This document shows, in pieces, positions 34,702 to 44,269 of a stretch of DNA of 64,000 bases. Position 1 is the stretch's first letter, and every line of letters starts with the position of its first letter. The notes beneath the pieces are model-generated. The model was not told where the DNA came from. It saw only the letters and a list, made by a program, of their open reading frames with translations, and did not search any database. Source of the stretch: an uncultured Actinomycetota bacterium (lineage in GTDB: Bacteria; Actinomycetota; Actinomycetes; Mycobacteriales; Micromonosporaceae); the NCBI GenBank assembly GCA_963836785.1, contig CAWIKW010000019.1:9961-73960 (forward strand), read 5' to 3'. A program made the translations under genes and the position numbers.

Positions 34702-35274
34702 TCAGCGCACCGGCCGGAAGATGAGCAATGGCACGTCGGGTCCGGCCGCGCGCGACTCAACCAACTGAAGTCGCGTCACCGCGCTCGGGTCAGTGAACAG
34801 CCGTTTGCCCTGTCCGAGAATGATCGGATGGACCATGAGCCGGTATTCGTCGACCAGATCGTTCACCCGCAGGAACTCGGCCAGCTTCGCGCTGCCCGCG
34901 ACGAGGATATCGCCGGCGTACCGCTGCTTGAGGTCTTGCACCGCGGCCACGACGTCGGTGGACACGATCGTCGTATTGCGCCAGGTCGCCTCGGTCAGCG
35001 TGGTTGACACCACGACCTTCGGCATGTCGTTCATCTTCTTGCCGAAGTCGCCGGTCTCCGCCTCCATTGCTGGCCAGGCAGCAGCGAAGCCCTGGTAGGT
35101 GATGCGGCCGAGCAACTGGACGTCGGCGGCCTGCAATTCCTCGAACTTGAACTGCATGCCCTGGTCGGTGGGAAACCCGGCGGTCCATCCGGCGTTCGGG
35201 CCGCCTTCGGAGCCGCCCGGATCCTCGATGACGCCGTCGAGCGTGATGAACTCAGTGACGACGAGCTTACCCAT
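34702..35274 (-). CDS. Dihydrofolate-reductase-family (RibD C-terminal domain) protein
   Basis: 190 aa with MGKLVVTEFITLDGVIEDPGG and DEYRLMVHPIILGQGKRLF. Confidence 0.8.
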   Translation of the reverse strand: MGKLVVTEFITLDGVIEDPGGSEGGPNAGWTAGFPTDQGMQFKFEELQAADVQLLGRITYQGFAAAWPAMEAETGDFGKKMNDMPKVVVSTTLTEATWRNTTIVSTDVVAAVQDLKQRYAGDILVAGSAKLAEFLRVNDLVDEYRLMVHPIILGQGKRLFTDPSAVTRLQLVESRAAGPDVPLLIFRPVR

Positions 35275-35580
35275 TGTCGTGGTCCCTTCGTGGTTGCCGA
35301 TGAACTGAACCTGCTCGGTCGGACTTCATGCTCGGCCGACACCCAAGCGTCGAGCGGCACGGCATCCGTTTCGACATCTCGTCGGGAAAACTTGGTCCGC
35401 TGGTCTGTGCCGGCGTCCGCCGGCGTGACGTTGGTCATGCAGGTGCGCTGCGGAAGACCGGCCTACACGCTCTTTATGCTGTACGGCGGGGAACGACGAT
35501 CTGACAGATCCGCGCGAAAGCGGGCCACACCCGCGAACGCCGGGTATGTGCTCGTAAGCAATTCGGGGGGAAACACAACG

Positions 35581-36246
35581 ATGACCGGTTCGGTTACACG
35601 GTCCTGGGATGGGATGACAATCCCGGCCGCCGGCTCGTACCTGCTCGACCAAGCGCATAAGCGGATCGGCTTTCTGGCCCGCCACATGATGGTGAGTCCG
35701 GTTCGTGGCGAATTTTCCGACGGAACGGCGCAGATCATCGTGGCGGACGACCCACTACGATCTCTGGTCACCGCGACCATCCAGGCGGCGAGCGTCACCA
35801 CCGGCAATCCCGAGCGCGATAAGCACCTGAGCAGCCCCGACTTCCTGGATGTCGAGCGTTACCCCAGGCTCGAATACCGCAGTACGGGCATCAAATACGA
35901 GGGCAACAAGGATCCGATCTTCTATTGGGCTCAGTTGAGAGGTCATCGACTCGGCCGCCGGGGCGAGCCCAACATCCCACGACAGACCGCTCGGTCGGCC
36001 GGGAAATTCGTGCTCACGGGGGAATTGACCGTCAAGGGCATCACGCGCGAGGTCGATCTCGCCGTCGAGTTCGGCGGCGCTCGGCGTGACCCGTACGGGC
36101 AGGACATCTTCGGGTTCAGCGCGACGACCGAAATCGACCGCGAGGATTACGGACTGATCTGGAACGTGGTCCTCGAAAGCGGTGGCGTCCTGGTCGGCAA
36201 GAACGTACGGATCGAACTCGCCGGCGAGGCGATCCGCCAAAACTGA
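35581..36246 (+). CDS. YceI-family protein
   Basis: In-frame ATG 35581. HKRIGFLARHMMVSPVRGEF...GNPERDKHLSSPDFLDVERYP...LTVKGITREV. The upstream part of track ORF 35290.. was discarded. Confidence 0.8.
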   Translation: MTGSVTRSWDGMTIPAAGSYLLDQAHKRIGFLARHMMVSPVRGEFSDGTAQIIVADDPLRSLVTATIQAASVTTGNPERDKHLSSPDFLDVERYPRLEYRSTGIKYEGNKDPIFYWAQLRGHRLGRRGEPNIPRQTARSAGKFVLTGELTVKGITREVDLAVEFGGARRDPYGQDIFGFSATTEIDREDYGLIWNVVLESGGVLVGKNVRIELAGEAIRQN

Positions 36247-36318
36247 GCCGGTTCGCCGGACAGACAACGTCCATACTGGTGCGGTGTTCGTGGTCCGCGC
36301 CGCGTCGGCGAGTCGTTG

Positions 36319-37242
36319 ATGAGGGCGAACCTGCGACGGGTTATCACATCGCTGCCGGCCGAGCCCGGCGTCTACCGGTTCCGCGACGGCCGCGGCCGTA
36401 CGCTCTATGTCGGTCGGGCCACGCATTTGCGAAGCCGTGTCTCGTCCTACTGGTCGGATCTCCGCGAGCGCCGACACCTCGCGCCGATGGTGGCAAGCGT
36501 CGAACGGGTCGAGGCGCTGGTATGTGATTCGGTGCACGAGGCCGCGTGGCTGGAACGCAACGTGCTGGAGGCGTCGATGCCGCGCTGGAACCGTACGGCC
36601 GGCGGCCAGGAGGTTCCGGTGTGCATCCGGATGGACGCAGGCCCGCGGTCGCCCGGTCTGCGAGTCGTCCACAGTGACCGCTGCGCCGATGACGTCGACA
36701 CATTCGGCCCGTACCTGGGCGGATGGCAGGTACGGCTCGCCGTCGCGGCGCTGCATCGGGTGCTGCCGCTGGCGTACGCGGGGACTGGTCTGCGCGGCGC
36801 CGAGGTCGATATGGCTCGACTACGCGGCATCGACGCGACCGACCGAGAACGTCTGGCTGCCCGCCTCACCGATGTGCTCCGACGTGAGCCGATAGCGGTC
36901 GCATGGGTTCGCGCCGAACTAGAAACGTTGCGTGACCGGGCATCGGACAAGCTCGCGTTCGAACTGGCTGCTCGCGTCGACGCGGAACTGAAGGCGTTCG
37001 CCTGGATCGCGAGCACCCAGCGGGTGACTACGCTGGCCGACTCACACGCCGATGCGTACGGATGGTGTGACGGTCTTCTGGTGCGGTACGAGATCCGTGC
37101 CGGTCGCCTGTCGGCGTGGACACAGCGCGCATGTGGTCCGGCTCGGGCTCAGTCCTATGTCGAGCGGACCCCGCACGAGTGGACGGACTTTGCCGAGCGC
37201 AACGCAAAACTTGCGGCCGCCTTGGCGGCGCTGGGCCGCTAG
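36319..37242 (+). CDS. GIY-YIG nuclease, UvrC-N-terminal/Cho-like, without UvrC C-terminal domains
   Basis: LPAEPGVYRFRDGRGRTLYVGRATHLRSRVSSYW...EAAWLERNVL is the GIY-YIG core. 307 aa. Confidence 0.7.
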   Translation: MRANLRRVITSLPAEPGVYRFRDGRGRTLYVGRATHLRSRVSSYWSDLRERRHLAPMVASVERVEALVCDSVHEAAWLERNVLEASMPRWNRTAGGQEVPVCIRMDAGPRSPGLRVVHSDRCADDVDTFGPYLGGWQVRLAVAALHRVLPLAYAGTGLRGAEVDMARLRGIDATDRERLAARLTDVLRREPIAVAWVRAELETLRDRASDKLAFELAARVDAELKAFAWIASTQRVTTLADSHADAYGWCDGLLVRYEIRAGRLSAWTQRACGPARAQSYVERTPHEWTDFAERNAKLAAALAALGR

Positions 37243-37949
37243 AGCCGCCGTGCGCGGATGAACCAAGATTCGGCAAACGGCAGCGTCGTCGGCGGATCGG
37301 CCAACTCAAACTGGCTGGGCTCGATCGCCTCGATACGCCAGCCGTCCACGAACGTCGCCTCCAGCTGATCGCGCGTCAGCCGATGCGGACCCCACGTGCC
37401 AGGCTCACGATCGCTGAACACCAGGGCCATGTACTGCGCTCCGGGCGCCATGGCGGCGGCGAGTTGGGCGACGTACCGGGGGCGATCGGCGGCGTCGAAG
37501 ACGTGCAGCAGACCGGAATCAAGCACCGTGTCGTACGGCGGCGTCGTGAACTCGCCCAGCCGGAGCACATCGCCCACCACGAACCATGCGGTGAGGCCAC
37601 GTTCGGCGCAGCGCTTGCGTGCGATGGCAATGGCGGTCGGTGAGGCGTCGATCCCGGACGCGTCGAGTCCTCGCGCGGCCGCCATGAGCGCGAGTTCGCC
37701 GGTGCCGCAGCCAGAGTCGAGAACCCGCCCGCGGATCTGCTCGACCGCGCCGACGAAGGCGGCCTGCGGTCGGCCGATCTCCCACGGTGGTCGCCCGCGG
37801 TAGGCCGCCTCGAAGCCGGCCGCGCCGAGCGGCGATGCGTCCCGGTCAGCCACGGCGCACGACCGGTCGGCCCGAAACGGCAGCCTGTCCTGCCACACGT
37901 CGACATATCGCGAATTGACCATCGCCACGGCGGCTGCCCATTTCCGCAT
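37239..37949 (-). CDS. Class I SAM-dependent methyltransferase
   Basis: 236 aa with VLDSGCGTGELAL (motif I), GIDASPTAI and LDSGLLHVF. Confidence 0.8.
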   Translation of the reverse strand: MRKWAAAVAMVNSRYVDVWQDRLPFRADRSCAVADRDASPLGAAGFEAAYRGRPPWEIGRPQAAFVGAVEQIRGRVLDSGCGTGELALMAAARGLDASGIDASPTAIAIARKRCAERGLTAWFVVGDVLRLGEFTTPPYDTVLDSGLLHVFDAADRPRYVAQLAAAMAPGAQYMALVFSDREPGTWGPHRLTRDQLEATFVDGWRIEAIEPSQFELADPPTTLPFAESWFIRARRL

Positions 37950-38019
37950 GTTAACGCGCCTCGGACTGATGCGCTTTCGGTCTTGCGCGTAGCGCGGGTG
38001 CCCACTGCGAGAACCCCGA

Positions 38020-38279
38020 TCACTCCGGGTTGTTGTGCGCGGGGCCGCCGATCACGTACGGCTCGGTCACCCAGCATCGAGCGAATCGAACCGCCACGGA
38101 CTCCCGTTCGCCGGCACGCGATTGCGCGCCACGACGACCGCGTGATGGCCGTGCAGGTGCATCGGATGGAGGTCCGACGAGTTGCTGATCGTCATGACAA
38201 CGACGTCGCCCTCCCGCCGCATCCCGACCGTAGTGGACACCCGCTGCGCCATCAGAGCCCGGTAGGCCGGTCTGGGCAA
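38020..38279 (-). pseudogene. Multicopper oxidase remnant (C-terminal domain fragment with an internal deletion or frameshift)
   Basis: ORF 38067..38279 carries the copper-site motif HPMHLHGH. A second frame (38020-38070) encodes VTEPYVIGGPAHNNPE followed by a stop, which is a typical MCO C-terminal tail. The HCH copper site and the whole N-terminus are missing. Confidence 0.6.
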
Positions 38280-38286
38280 ACGAAGA

Positions 38287-38311
38287 GGCCCGGTCCAGTA
38301 CGGACCGGGCC
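38287..38311 (-). terminator. Perfect 10-bp hairpin after the PD40/CWB2 pseudogene
   Basis: ggcccggtcc agtac ggaccgggcc. Confidence 0.55.
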
Positions 38312-38342
38312 CCTTCGGGTGGGGATCAGTGGTGCATACGAA

Positions 38343-40397
38343 CTACTTGATCTTCTGTACGTAACTCGGCAGGTGATTGAAGTCCGGCAACTGCTTCGAG
38401 GGTCCGCTTCGCGCACGGGCCTGCGGCGTCGCGGCGTCGATGTGCTGGGCCTCGGCCGCCGACTTACTACCCGTGATCGGGTGCAGCAGGCTCGACACGT
38501 CGACGAACGAGCCAGGCCCGCTCATGGCGGTCGCGTACGCAGTCATGACCTTGTCCGACACCACCACGGTGCCGCCAAAGACAGCTTCGGCGAAGAACGA
38601 CGCCGAATTCAGACTCGAGGTAGCTCGAGACGTCGGTGTTTACCGTCGTCGGCGGCGTCAGGAGCAGCGGGCCGCCGAGCGTACCGAGCAAGGCTCCACC
38701 GGCGAGCGCATCCGGCCAGTCCAGCCCGGTCGCGACGCCGAAGATCTGGCCGCCACCGAAGAAGAAGTCGGCGACCTGCTTCGCGGTGGCGTATCGGTTC
38801 GCGTCCGACGATCCCGAAGCTCGGGACATTCGACGCCGACTCAAAGCGGCAACCGCGGAACCGCCGACCCCGGCGATCTTCGGTGGGTTGGCTCCGGCGT
38901 TCAGGCCGTTGAGGTAAGATGGCGGTCGCGGTTGGCATGGTGCCGTCCGCGGTCAGCACGACGACGGCCGACACACCCGTTCCTGGCACATCGAACGCAC
39001 CGGCCGCCGCGCCGGCACTGAGCGCATCCGGGAAGTTGAGGCCGGTCGCTACAAGGACGATGTCGGGGTGCGGGTTGATCGCGTTAGCGATCGCGACGGC
39101 GGTTTCATAACGGTTCGCGCCGGCCTCGCGGACGGTGCTGATAGCCGAGCGCCTTGACGGCAGTCTCCGACACCGGCCGAGAGCGCACTCGGTGCCGCCG
39201 ACGAGGTAGACGGTCTTGGTCGGTATCCGTTGCCGAGCAGGCGCTTGATCTCGGTCTGCGATCGCGGGTAACAGCGACGGTCGGCGGCGTCAACAGCAGC
39301 GGACCGTTCTTGTTGGCGGCGAGCGCCGCACCACCGAGTGCGTCGGCGAACGTATCGCCCCGGCTCAGCACGACGGCGTCGGCGGTGCGGGCCGCCCGTG
39401 TCGCCGGCCGGTCGGCCCAGTTCTGCTGGGACACCGTGATGGCGGTTTCATACCGGTTGGAGCCGGCGAAACGGATGTCGATGTCCTCGAAGCTCGGACT
39501 GGTAGGCCGGGACGCCGGTCAGGCCGGTCGACGTCGGCGATCCCACCATCGAGCCGGTGGCAGGAGCGGTGAAGACGGCGGTGCCCTCGTCGAACGCGAT
39601 CGTGTTGCCGTCGGGTGACCAGGTCGGGTTCGAGTGATCGACCGGATCCGAGGTCAGCTGCACGGCAGCACCGCCGTCGGGCTGGACCCAGACCTGAGCG
39701 TGGGTGCTCGCGTCGTCTGCGAAGGAACGCCACCGAGTTGTCGTTCGGCCCGGCGGCCGGGCTGGACGCGTTCGAGACCAAGAGCTGTCGGCGTCGACCG
39801 TGGCGTCGAACAGGTTCGACTCGTCGATCGAATAGACGTTCGGCGTGCCGCTTCCGACCTGGCCCTGGACCAGGACTCGTGGTACCCGAAGCCGCCGTCC
39901 GGGATGGGTCCAGTTCGTGCCGGCAGTCGCAGGTTGATCGTGTTCCAGTCCTGGCCGCTGCCGAGTCCGCGAACTCGATCACATCGTGGGTGCCGCTGCT
40001 ATCGGTCACGTTTGCTCGACCACAGCAGGAAGCTGCCGTCGTCAGTCCATGTCGGCTGCGACCGAGCATCGCCGTCCGCGTTCGCGTAAGATGCCCGTGT
40101 CGGTCGGCGTTGTTATAGCGCACCGTCTCGATGGCGCCGTTCTGGTTGACAAACGCCAGCCGGCTGCCGTCCGGCGACCAGGCACCGTCGGTGACCGTAT
40201 CGCTCGTCAGCGTCAACGCCGTCGGCGATACCGCCCTGCCAACTGATCGTCTTCGTGCCGTTCGTCGCACTAAGCCCGACCGTGTTATCTCCCGCGTGGC
40301 TCGCGGACGCACCGTTGATCGCGACGATGGTGATCGCGGTTCCGACGGCGACCGCTGCCGTAGCCGCCAAGCCAATGCGGCGGCGACCCAACGACAT
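38343..40397 (-). pseudogene. Secreted PD40 (WD40-like beta-propeller) plus cell-wall-binding-repeat-2 protein, disrupted by multiple frameshifts
   Basis: The signal peptide MSLGRRRIGLAATAAVAVGTAITIVA starts at 40397. PD40 motifs (WSPDGSRLAF, WSPDGNTIAF) and three CWB2 motifs (DTFADALGGAALAANKNGPLLLT; GLNFPDALSAGAAAG; NRYATAKQVA...GLDWPDALAGGALLG..GGPLLLT) are scattered over all three minus frames in at least 6 ORF fragments. Confidence 0.65.
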
Positions 40398-40808
40398 ACC
40401 GGAGAACAATGCAGCTCCTGACCTACGCGCCGACAACCCCGTTGGTGCCGGAACGTCCGGACATGGGTGGCGCGCGCTGACTTTAGGGCACCGAGCCTCG
40501 TTCCTGCGACCCCACCCCGACCGGCCGATCATGGCTGCTTCACAGCTTTCCGCGACCGCACGCACCGACGGCAAGCGGACAACAACACTGCGTCGCGGCG
40601 CAGCTACGGCCGCTCGGGGATCACACATTCCGGAAGGTCGCCGGCGCGGTTTCAGACGGCTACCTCTGCCAGCGAAAATCGGCGAACTCGCGGATGATTC
40701 GGCCGGGTTGCGGCGACGACGAAATCGACACAAAGACGGGTACGGCGTGCCGCGGCGCTCGGGAGCCGATTCTCTTGTTCGAGTCGAAAATTTAGTCGAC
40801 CGGATGAT

Positions 40809-42911
40809 CTACGCATCGTCCGTCCGGCTAGTCCGTCGAAGGTGGACGACCGTGCTCGCGTAGTCGCCGGCCGGCATCCGTACGGACACGTCGAGTCCGT
40901 ACGCCATGAGCACCGCGCCCGAGAACGTGGCGCCGTCGTCGTCGACGTACGTGGCGTCGGAGTCGAGCGCCCGCAGCCGTACGGGTTGCTCCGTGGCGCC
41001 GTGGCGTGACATCGGTCGCCACGCCAACACGACACATTCGGACCGGTCGGCGGCGACGTACTCGACGGCGGTCAGCCGGCCGGTCGCGAGCCGATGCAGA
41101 TCGCCTTGTTGCACCACGGTCCGGATCCGCTTGTACGCCGCGATCAGTTCGACGGTCTCGGCCCGCTCGTCCGGGGACCACCCACGGACGTCGCCGGACA
41201 GACCGAGGACGCCGGCCATGGCCGAGTGGAAGCGGAAGCGCAGCGGTGTCGTCCGGCCGGTGACGGGATTCGGGCTGTCGGTCACCCAGGCGCCCATCAC
41301 CACGGCCGGATAGATCTGGCCGAATCCGTCCTGAATCGGCAGCCGGTCGACGGGATCGGTGTTGTCCGATGTCCATACCTGGTCGGTCCGCGACATGATC
41401 GCGAAGTCGGCCCGCCCGCCGCCACTGGCGCAGCTCTCGATGCGCAGGTTCGGATGCGCGGCGCGGAGGCGATCGATCACGTCGTACACGCCGGTCGTGT
41501 GGTCGAACCACAGCCGTCCCGGATCGGCCGCGCCTGGCCAACCTGCCTCGGTGAACGGTCGGTTCATGTCCCACTTGAGAAAATCGACGCTGCCGGCGAC
41601 CACGAGGTCATGGAGCCAGCCGTACGCCCAGGCAACCACGTCCGGGCGCGCGAAGTTCAGCACGAGCTGGTGGCGGATCTCGGTCCGATCCCGCTGTGGC
41701 ATGTGCAGCACCCAATCCGGGTGGGCGCGATAGAGGTCGGAATCCGGGTTCACCATCTCCGGCTCGACCCAGATCCCGAACCGCATGCCGAGGTCGTGTA
41801 CCTCGGCGGCGAGCGGTGCGATGCCGTTCGGGAACTTGGCGGCGCTCGGTTGCCAGTCACCGAGTCCGGCCCGGTCGTCGACGCGGCGGCCGAACCACCC
41901 GTCGTCGACCACGAACAGCTCGATGCCGAGCGGAGCGACCGTGCGCGCCAGCTCGCGTTGATCCGCCTCGTTCACGTCGAAATACGTCGCCTCCCACGTG
42001 TTGTAGAGCACCGGGCGGATCTCGTCCGGGTACGGAATCACGTGGTCGCGGGCGTACCGATGGAAGGTTCGGCTCAGCCCGCCGAAGCCGTCGCGCGTGT
42101 AGACGCCGAGGGCCGCCGGCGTCGTCCAGCGCTCGCCGGGCATGAGATGCCGGGCCGGCGCCGGGTCGTGCCCGGCGCCACCGGCAATCGCCACATTGCC
42201 GCTCAGATCGCGCGTCGCGGTCAGGCGGAACCCGCCGCTCCAGGCGAGCGCGACCGACCAGACCTCGCCCGACTCTTCGGTCGCATCGCCGGGATCGACG
42301 GCCAGCCACGGATTCGTCTGATGGCGCGTCGTGCCCCGGCGGCTCGTCGCGGTCGTTTCGCCGTACGGCAGACGCGTACGGTCGAGCGTGAACTCGGCGC
42401 TCCACTCTCCGGCCACGTGGGTCAACCGATAGTCGGACCGGTGGGGAAGCGCCCAGGCCGCCGAGTCGAGGCGCTCGACCACGATCGGGTCGCGGTTGCC
42501 GGTGTGCGACAGCGTGGCCCACCGGGCGATCACGTCGCTGTCTGCGTACCCGCGGTAATGCAGGTCGAGACGCAGCGGAAACGCGCCGTCGACGAGGCCG
42601 ATGCGCAGGCCGTCGGCGGTGATCTCGTGATCGGCGTACTCGAATTCGACCGCGCGCACACCGCCTGGAAATTCGACGACGAGGCTGGCCGGCCCGAACC
42701 GCAGACCGCCCTCGGGTGGCAGTTCTTCGCCGACGAGAGCGCCGTCCGGCGCCGCCGGACGCGTCGGAACCTCGGCCGCCTGGGACAGCGACAGGCGCCG
42801 GCCCCAGTGCACCTGGCGCACGCTGCCGCCGATCAGCCGTACCGCGTAGCTCGTTGACGGTGTCGACAGCACGAACGTGCGGGTCGACGGATCGAATTCG
42901 ATGGACGTCAC
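40809..42911 (-). CDS. Alpha-galactosidase, glycoside hydrolase family 36
   Basis: 700 aa; GTG 42911 lies 8 nt after GGAGG. ELFVVDDGWFG, FLKWDMNR and CASGGGR are motifs of GH36 AgaA/RafA-type enzymes. Confidence 0.88.
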   Translation of the reverse strand: MTSIEFDPSTRTFVLSTPSTSYAVRLIGGSVRQVHWGRRLSLSQAAEVPTRPAAPDGALVGEELPPEGGLRFGPASLVVEFPGGVRAVEFEYADHEITADGLRIGLVDGAFPLRLDLHYRGYADSDVIARWATLSHTGNRDPIVVERLDSAAWALPHRSDYRLTHVAGEWSAEFTLDRTRLPYGETTATSRRGTTRHQTNPWLAVDPGDATEESGEVWSVALAWSGGFRLTATRDLSGNVAIAGGAGHDPAPARHLMPGERWTTPAALGVYTRDGFGGLSRTFHRYARDHVIPYPDEIRPVLYNTWEATYFDVNEADQRELARTVAPLGIELFVVDDGWFGRRVDDRAGLGDWQPSAAKFPNGIAPLAAEVHDLGMRFGIWVEPEMVNPDSDLYRAHPDWVLHMPQRDRTEIRHQLVLNFARPDVVAWAYGWLHDLVVAGSVDFLKWDMNRPFTEAGWPGAADPGRLWFDHTTGVYDVIDRLRAAHPNLRIESCASGGGRADFAIMSRTDQVWTSDNTDPVDRLPIQDGFGQIYPAVVMGAWVTDSPNPVTGRTTPLRFRFHSAMAGVLGLSGDVRGWSPDERAETVELIAAYKRIRTVVQQGDLHRLATGRLTAVEYVAADRSECVVLAWRPMSRHGATEQPVRLRALDSDATYVDDDGATFSGAVLMAYGLDVSVRMPAGDYASTVVHLRRTSRTDDA

Positions 42912-43174
42912 GACGATTGCCTCCGGAGCGGGGTCTTCGCGAGTCTGTCACGCAGATCCACAGAATCAAACGGCACGTCTCGGCCGCCGAGCGGTTCATG
43001 TCGGCGGTGTCACGACCTCGCCAACAACGCGATCCACGCGTGACACCGAGCGTCAAGGGCACGCTGGGCCGTGCATCGCGGGACTCCGGCTGATGGTCGT
43101 ACCCGATGGGTTGTGTTTTAATTTGATCGTTTTTCGTAGACCACAAAGCCGGACCGGTGGTGCGGAGCGCGTTG

Positions 43175-44269
43175 ATGCACAAGACACAGGCATGGCTCGC
43201 CGACGGTCGAGAATGTACGTTCTACGACCGGCGACCGATGCAGCGCGACATCCGGGCGGACCGCCGATCGCTACCGGCCCGACCGCACGCGGCGGAACTC
43301 CGGTTCGACGTGCGGTCCGGCCGATGGGTCGTGATCGCCGGGCATCGCCAAGGCCGGTCGTTTCGGCCCGGCGCGGCGGAGTGTCCGCTGTGCCCGAGTC
43401 GCGGATCCGCCGCGACCGAGATCCCCGCGGCGGACTACGAGGTCGTGGTGTTCGACAACCGGTTTCCGGCGTTAACCACGGCCGGTCTCGATCCGCCCGA
43501 TCTCGGCGCGTTGGCGGATCCGACCGCACCGTTGCCCGCGGCACCGGCATACGGTCGGTGCGAGATCGTCTGTTTCTCGGCCGACCACGACGTCTCGTTC
43601 GCCGATCTGAAGCCGGACCAAGCGCGTCTCATCCTGGACGTCTGGCGCGATCGGACCGAGATTCTGCACGCCACTGCCGGCATCGAGCAGGTCTTCTGCT
43701 TCGAGAACAGGGGACCGGAGATTGGCGTGACGCAACCCCATCCACACGGCCAGATCTACGGGTTTCCGTTCGTGACTCCGCGGACAGCGGCGACGCTCGC
43801 GCAGGCGGCCGATTATCGGCGTCGAACCGGCCGCAACCTGTACGACGACGCGCTGGCGGCCGACCGGGCCGCCACCGACCGTGTCATCGTGGCCGACGAA
43901 TCGTGGACGGCATTCGTGCCGTACGCGGCGCAGTGGCCTTACGAGGTGCATCTTTACCCGAACCGTCGGCATCGGGATCTGACCACCCTCGACGAGGTCG
44001 AACTCGACTCGCTTGCGACGATCTACCTCGATCTGCTGCAACGGTTCGATCGGCTCTTCGACACGCCCGCGCCCTACGTCGCCGCGTGGCACCAGGCTCC
44101 GGTCGGCCCGGCCGGGCGCGACTTCGCCATGCACCTCGAACTGTTCACCAACCGCCGTACGTCCACGACGCTCAAACATCTCGCCGGTACGGAGGTCGGC
44201 ATGGCGGTGTTCTCCAACGACGTCGTTCCGGAGCAGGCAGCCGAGCGGTTACGGGAGGTCGCCGTATGA
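43175..44269 (+). CDS. galT: Galactose-1-phosphate uridylyltransferase
   Basis: ATG 43175 (MHKTQAWLADGRECTFYD) lies 7 nt after GGAG. Zinc site CPLCP and active site HPHGQIY. Confidence 0.9.
   Translation: MHKTQAWLADGRECTFYDRRPMQRDIRADRRSLPARPHAAELRFDVRSGRWVVIAGHRQGRSFRPGAAECPLCPSRGSAATEIPAADYEVVVFDNRFPALTTAGLDPPDLGALADPTAPLPAAPAYGRCEIVCFSADHDVSFADLKPDQARLILDVWRDRTEILHATAGIEQVFCFENRGPEIGVTQPHPHGQIYGFPFVTPRTAATLAQAADYRRRTGRNLYDDALAADRAATDRVIVADESWTAFVPYAAQWPYEVHLYPNRRHRDLTTLDEVELDSLATIYLDLLQRFDRLFDTPAPYVAAWHQAPVGPAGRDFAMHLELFTNRRTSTTLKHLAGTEVGMAVFSNDVVPEQAAERLREVAV

Noticed and set aside
23322-40800. Direct repeat of the tRNA-Ala 3' end (attR) that would delimit the island
   Set aside because: I scanned by eye for ttcgagtcccctcggctcca-like strings downstream and found none. 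Absence cannot be asserted without a computed search, so the island boundary is left open.
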